From contig CAVWRM010000001.1 in NCBI GenBank assembly GCA_963757525.1, positions 3,224,884-3,288,883 of the forward strand: DNA of 64,000 bases, given 5' to 3'. Below, piece by piece: positions 63,008-64,000 of the stretch. Position numbers and translations under genes: made by a program. The first letter of the stretch is position 1; each line of letters starts with the position of its first letter. The notes under the pieces were generated by a model that did no database searches, was not told the origin of the DNA, and saw only the letters and a program-made list of their open reading frames with translations. Source of the stretch: an uncultured Gemmatimonadales bacterium (lineage in GTDB: Bacteria > Gemmatimonadota > Gemmatimonadetes > Gemmatimonadales > GWC2-71-9).

Positions 63008-64000
63008 CGGCCGTGGCCGTCCTGGGCGCCGGGAGCTGGGGCACGACCCTGGCCAATCTCCTCGCCTGCAAGGGCGATCAGGTCCGGCTCTGGGCGTACG
63101 AGGCCGAGGTGGTGGCCGCGATCAACCGCGACCGGGAGAATCCGGTGTTTCTCCCCGGCGTGACGCTCGCTCCTTCGCTCCGCGCGGAGAGCGATCTGCA
63201 GACCGCCGTCGCCGGCGCGGACGTCATCGTCTCCGTGCCGCCCAGCCATGCGGCGCGCGCGGTGGTGCGGCAGGTGTCCCCGGCGCTGCCACCGGGCGCC
63301 CTCGTGATCAGCGCCACCAAGGGAATCGAGGCCGACACGCTCGCGCTCATGTCCGACGTGTTCCGGGAATGCGCCCCTCGGGTGCGGTTCGTCGCGCTCT
63401 CCGGGCCGAGCTTCGCCGCCGAGGTGTGCCAGGGACAGCCGACCGCGGTCGTGGCCGCGTCGACCCATGCCGATGCCGCGAGAGAGGCCCAGCGCGTGTT
63501 CGCCACGCCGGCGTTCCGGGTCTACACCGGCGCCGATGTGACCGGCGTCGAGCTGGCGGGCGCCCTCAAGAACGTGATCGCGATCGCCGCGGGGATCCTC
63601 GAGGGTCTGGGACTGGGCAACAACCCGCGCGCGGCCCTCATCACCCGGGGACTCGCCGAGATCACCCGGCTCGGCGTCGCGATGGGCGCCGATCCGCTCA
63701 CCTTCGCGGGGCTGGCCGGCATGGGCGACCTGGTGCTGACCACCACCGGCAGCCTGAGCCGGAACCGCGCGCTCGGTCTCGCGCTCGCGGCGGGCCAGAC
63801 GCTCGGCGAGTATCAGCAGTCGCACCGCACGGTGGCCGAAGGCGCCAACGCGGCGCGGGCGGGCGCCGCGCTCGGCGCGCGACACGGAGTCGAGCTGCCG
63901 ATCGTGCACCAGGTGTGTGAAGTTCTGTTCGATGGGAAGCCCCCGCGAGACGGCGTCGCCGAGCTCATGGGGCGGGAACTCAAACCGGAGCAGTGGAGAT
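63004..64000 (+). CDS. gpsA: NAD(P)H-dependent glycerol-3-phosphate dehydrogenase (3' end runs off the window)
   Basis: Translated by hand: 'VAVLGAGSWGTTLANLL', 'SATKGIE', 'LSGPSFAAEV', 'GALKNVIAIAAG', 'GMGDLVLTTTG..SRN'. GTGA overlap with plsY. No stop before nt 64000. The ORF track shows only an out-of-frame ORF here. Confidence 0.88.
   Translation, partial: MTAVAVLGAGSWGTTLANLLACKGDQVRLWAYEAEVVAAINRDRENPVFLPGVTLAPSLRAESDLQTAVAGADVIVSVPPSHAARAVVRQVSPALPPGALVISATKGIEADTLALMSDVFRECAPRVRFVALSGPSFAAEVCQGQPTAVVAASTHADAAREAQRVFATPAFRVYTGADVTGVELAGALKNVIAIAAGILEGLGLGNNPRAALITRGLAEITRLGVAMGADPLTFAGLAGMGDLVLTTTGSLSRNRALGLALAAGQTLGEYQQSHRTVAEGANAARAGAALGARHGVELPIVHQVCEVLFDGKPPRDGVAELMGRELKPEQWR

Noticed and set aside
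63369-63920. 183-aa plus-strand ORF inside the gpsA region
   Set aside because: It is out of frame with the hand-translated GpsA sequence, which carries the NAD-binding and 'GALKNVIAIAAG' motifs. The product would be Arg/Gly-rich junk.

Overview
Very GC-rich bacterial chromosome segment with strong GC3 bias, so long antisense 'shadow' ORFs are common. Coding is dense and mostly on the + strand, and many genes are joined by 1-4 nt stop/start overlaps. The gene content indicates a diderm organism: BamA, Skp, Lol and a lipid A pathway with an LpxC-FabZ fusion. It also has traits better known from Firmicutes (McsA/McsB/ClpC, BshC). A Gemmatimonadota-like or FCB-group origin is my inference only.

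Layout:
- 1-39 kb: housekeeping genes. These are a Ser/Thr kinase, era, a Trm112-like protein, a Ca2+/H+ antiporter, a GGDEF protein and a zinc-ribbon protein. Next come prfB (with its +1 frameshift)-lysS-lolC/E-lolD-mcsA-mcsB, then clpC. Then bamA-skp-lpxD-lpxC/fabZ-lpxA-oxidoreductase-lpxB-DUF374-lpxK. The rest are gdhA, rlmH, methyltransferase-bshC, murJ, uvrC, a Fpg/Nei glycosylase, thrC, larC, a TPR protein and phhA.
- 39.1 kb: tRNA-Gly(CCC).
- 39-53 kb: accessory-looking genes. These are a GT87-like membrane protein, an orphan CheY-like regulator and arsR-arsM-arsN/arsC. On the minus strand there is an FkbH-like/ACP/AcpS-PPTase/XRE-cupin/hexapeptide-acyltransferase operon. Two Ig-domain lipoproteins follow: an esterase and a frameshifted glyoxal-oxidase-like gene.
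- 51-64 kb: a 6-TM Ser/Thr kinase divergent from DUF4956 - Ser/Thr kinase - CYTH/Nudix-like/PPK1 fusion, then DUF512-der-plsY-gpsA.

The two best candidates for undescribed systems are the DUF4956/kinase/TTM-Nudix-PPK1 polyphosphate module and the self-contained FkbH-ACP-PPTase cassette.

Smaller observations: a leaderless arsR with a duplicated ATCAA-N6-TTGAT operator; a heptanucleotide-repeat hairpin filling the whole rlmH/methyltransferase spacer; a methyltransferase translationally coupled to bshC; and an RF2 that reads SPY instead of SPF.

I found no CRISPR array, rRNA, integrase or transposase. All family assignments come from motif recognition by eye and need HMM or BLAST confirmation.
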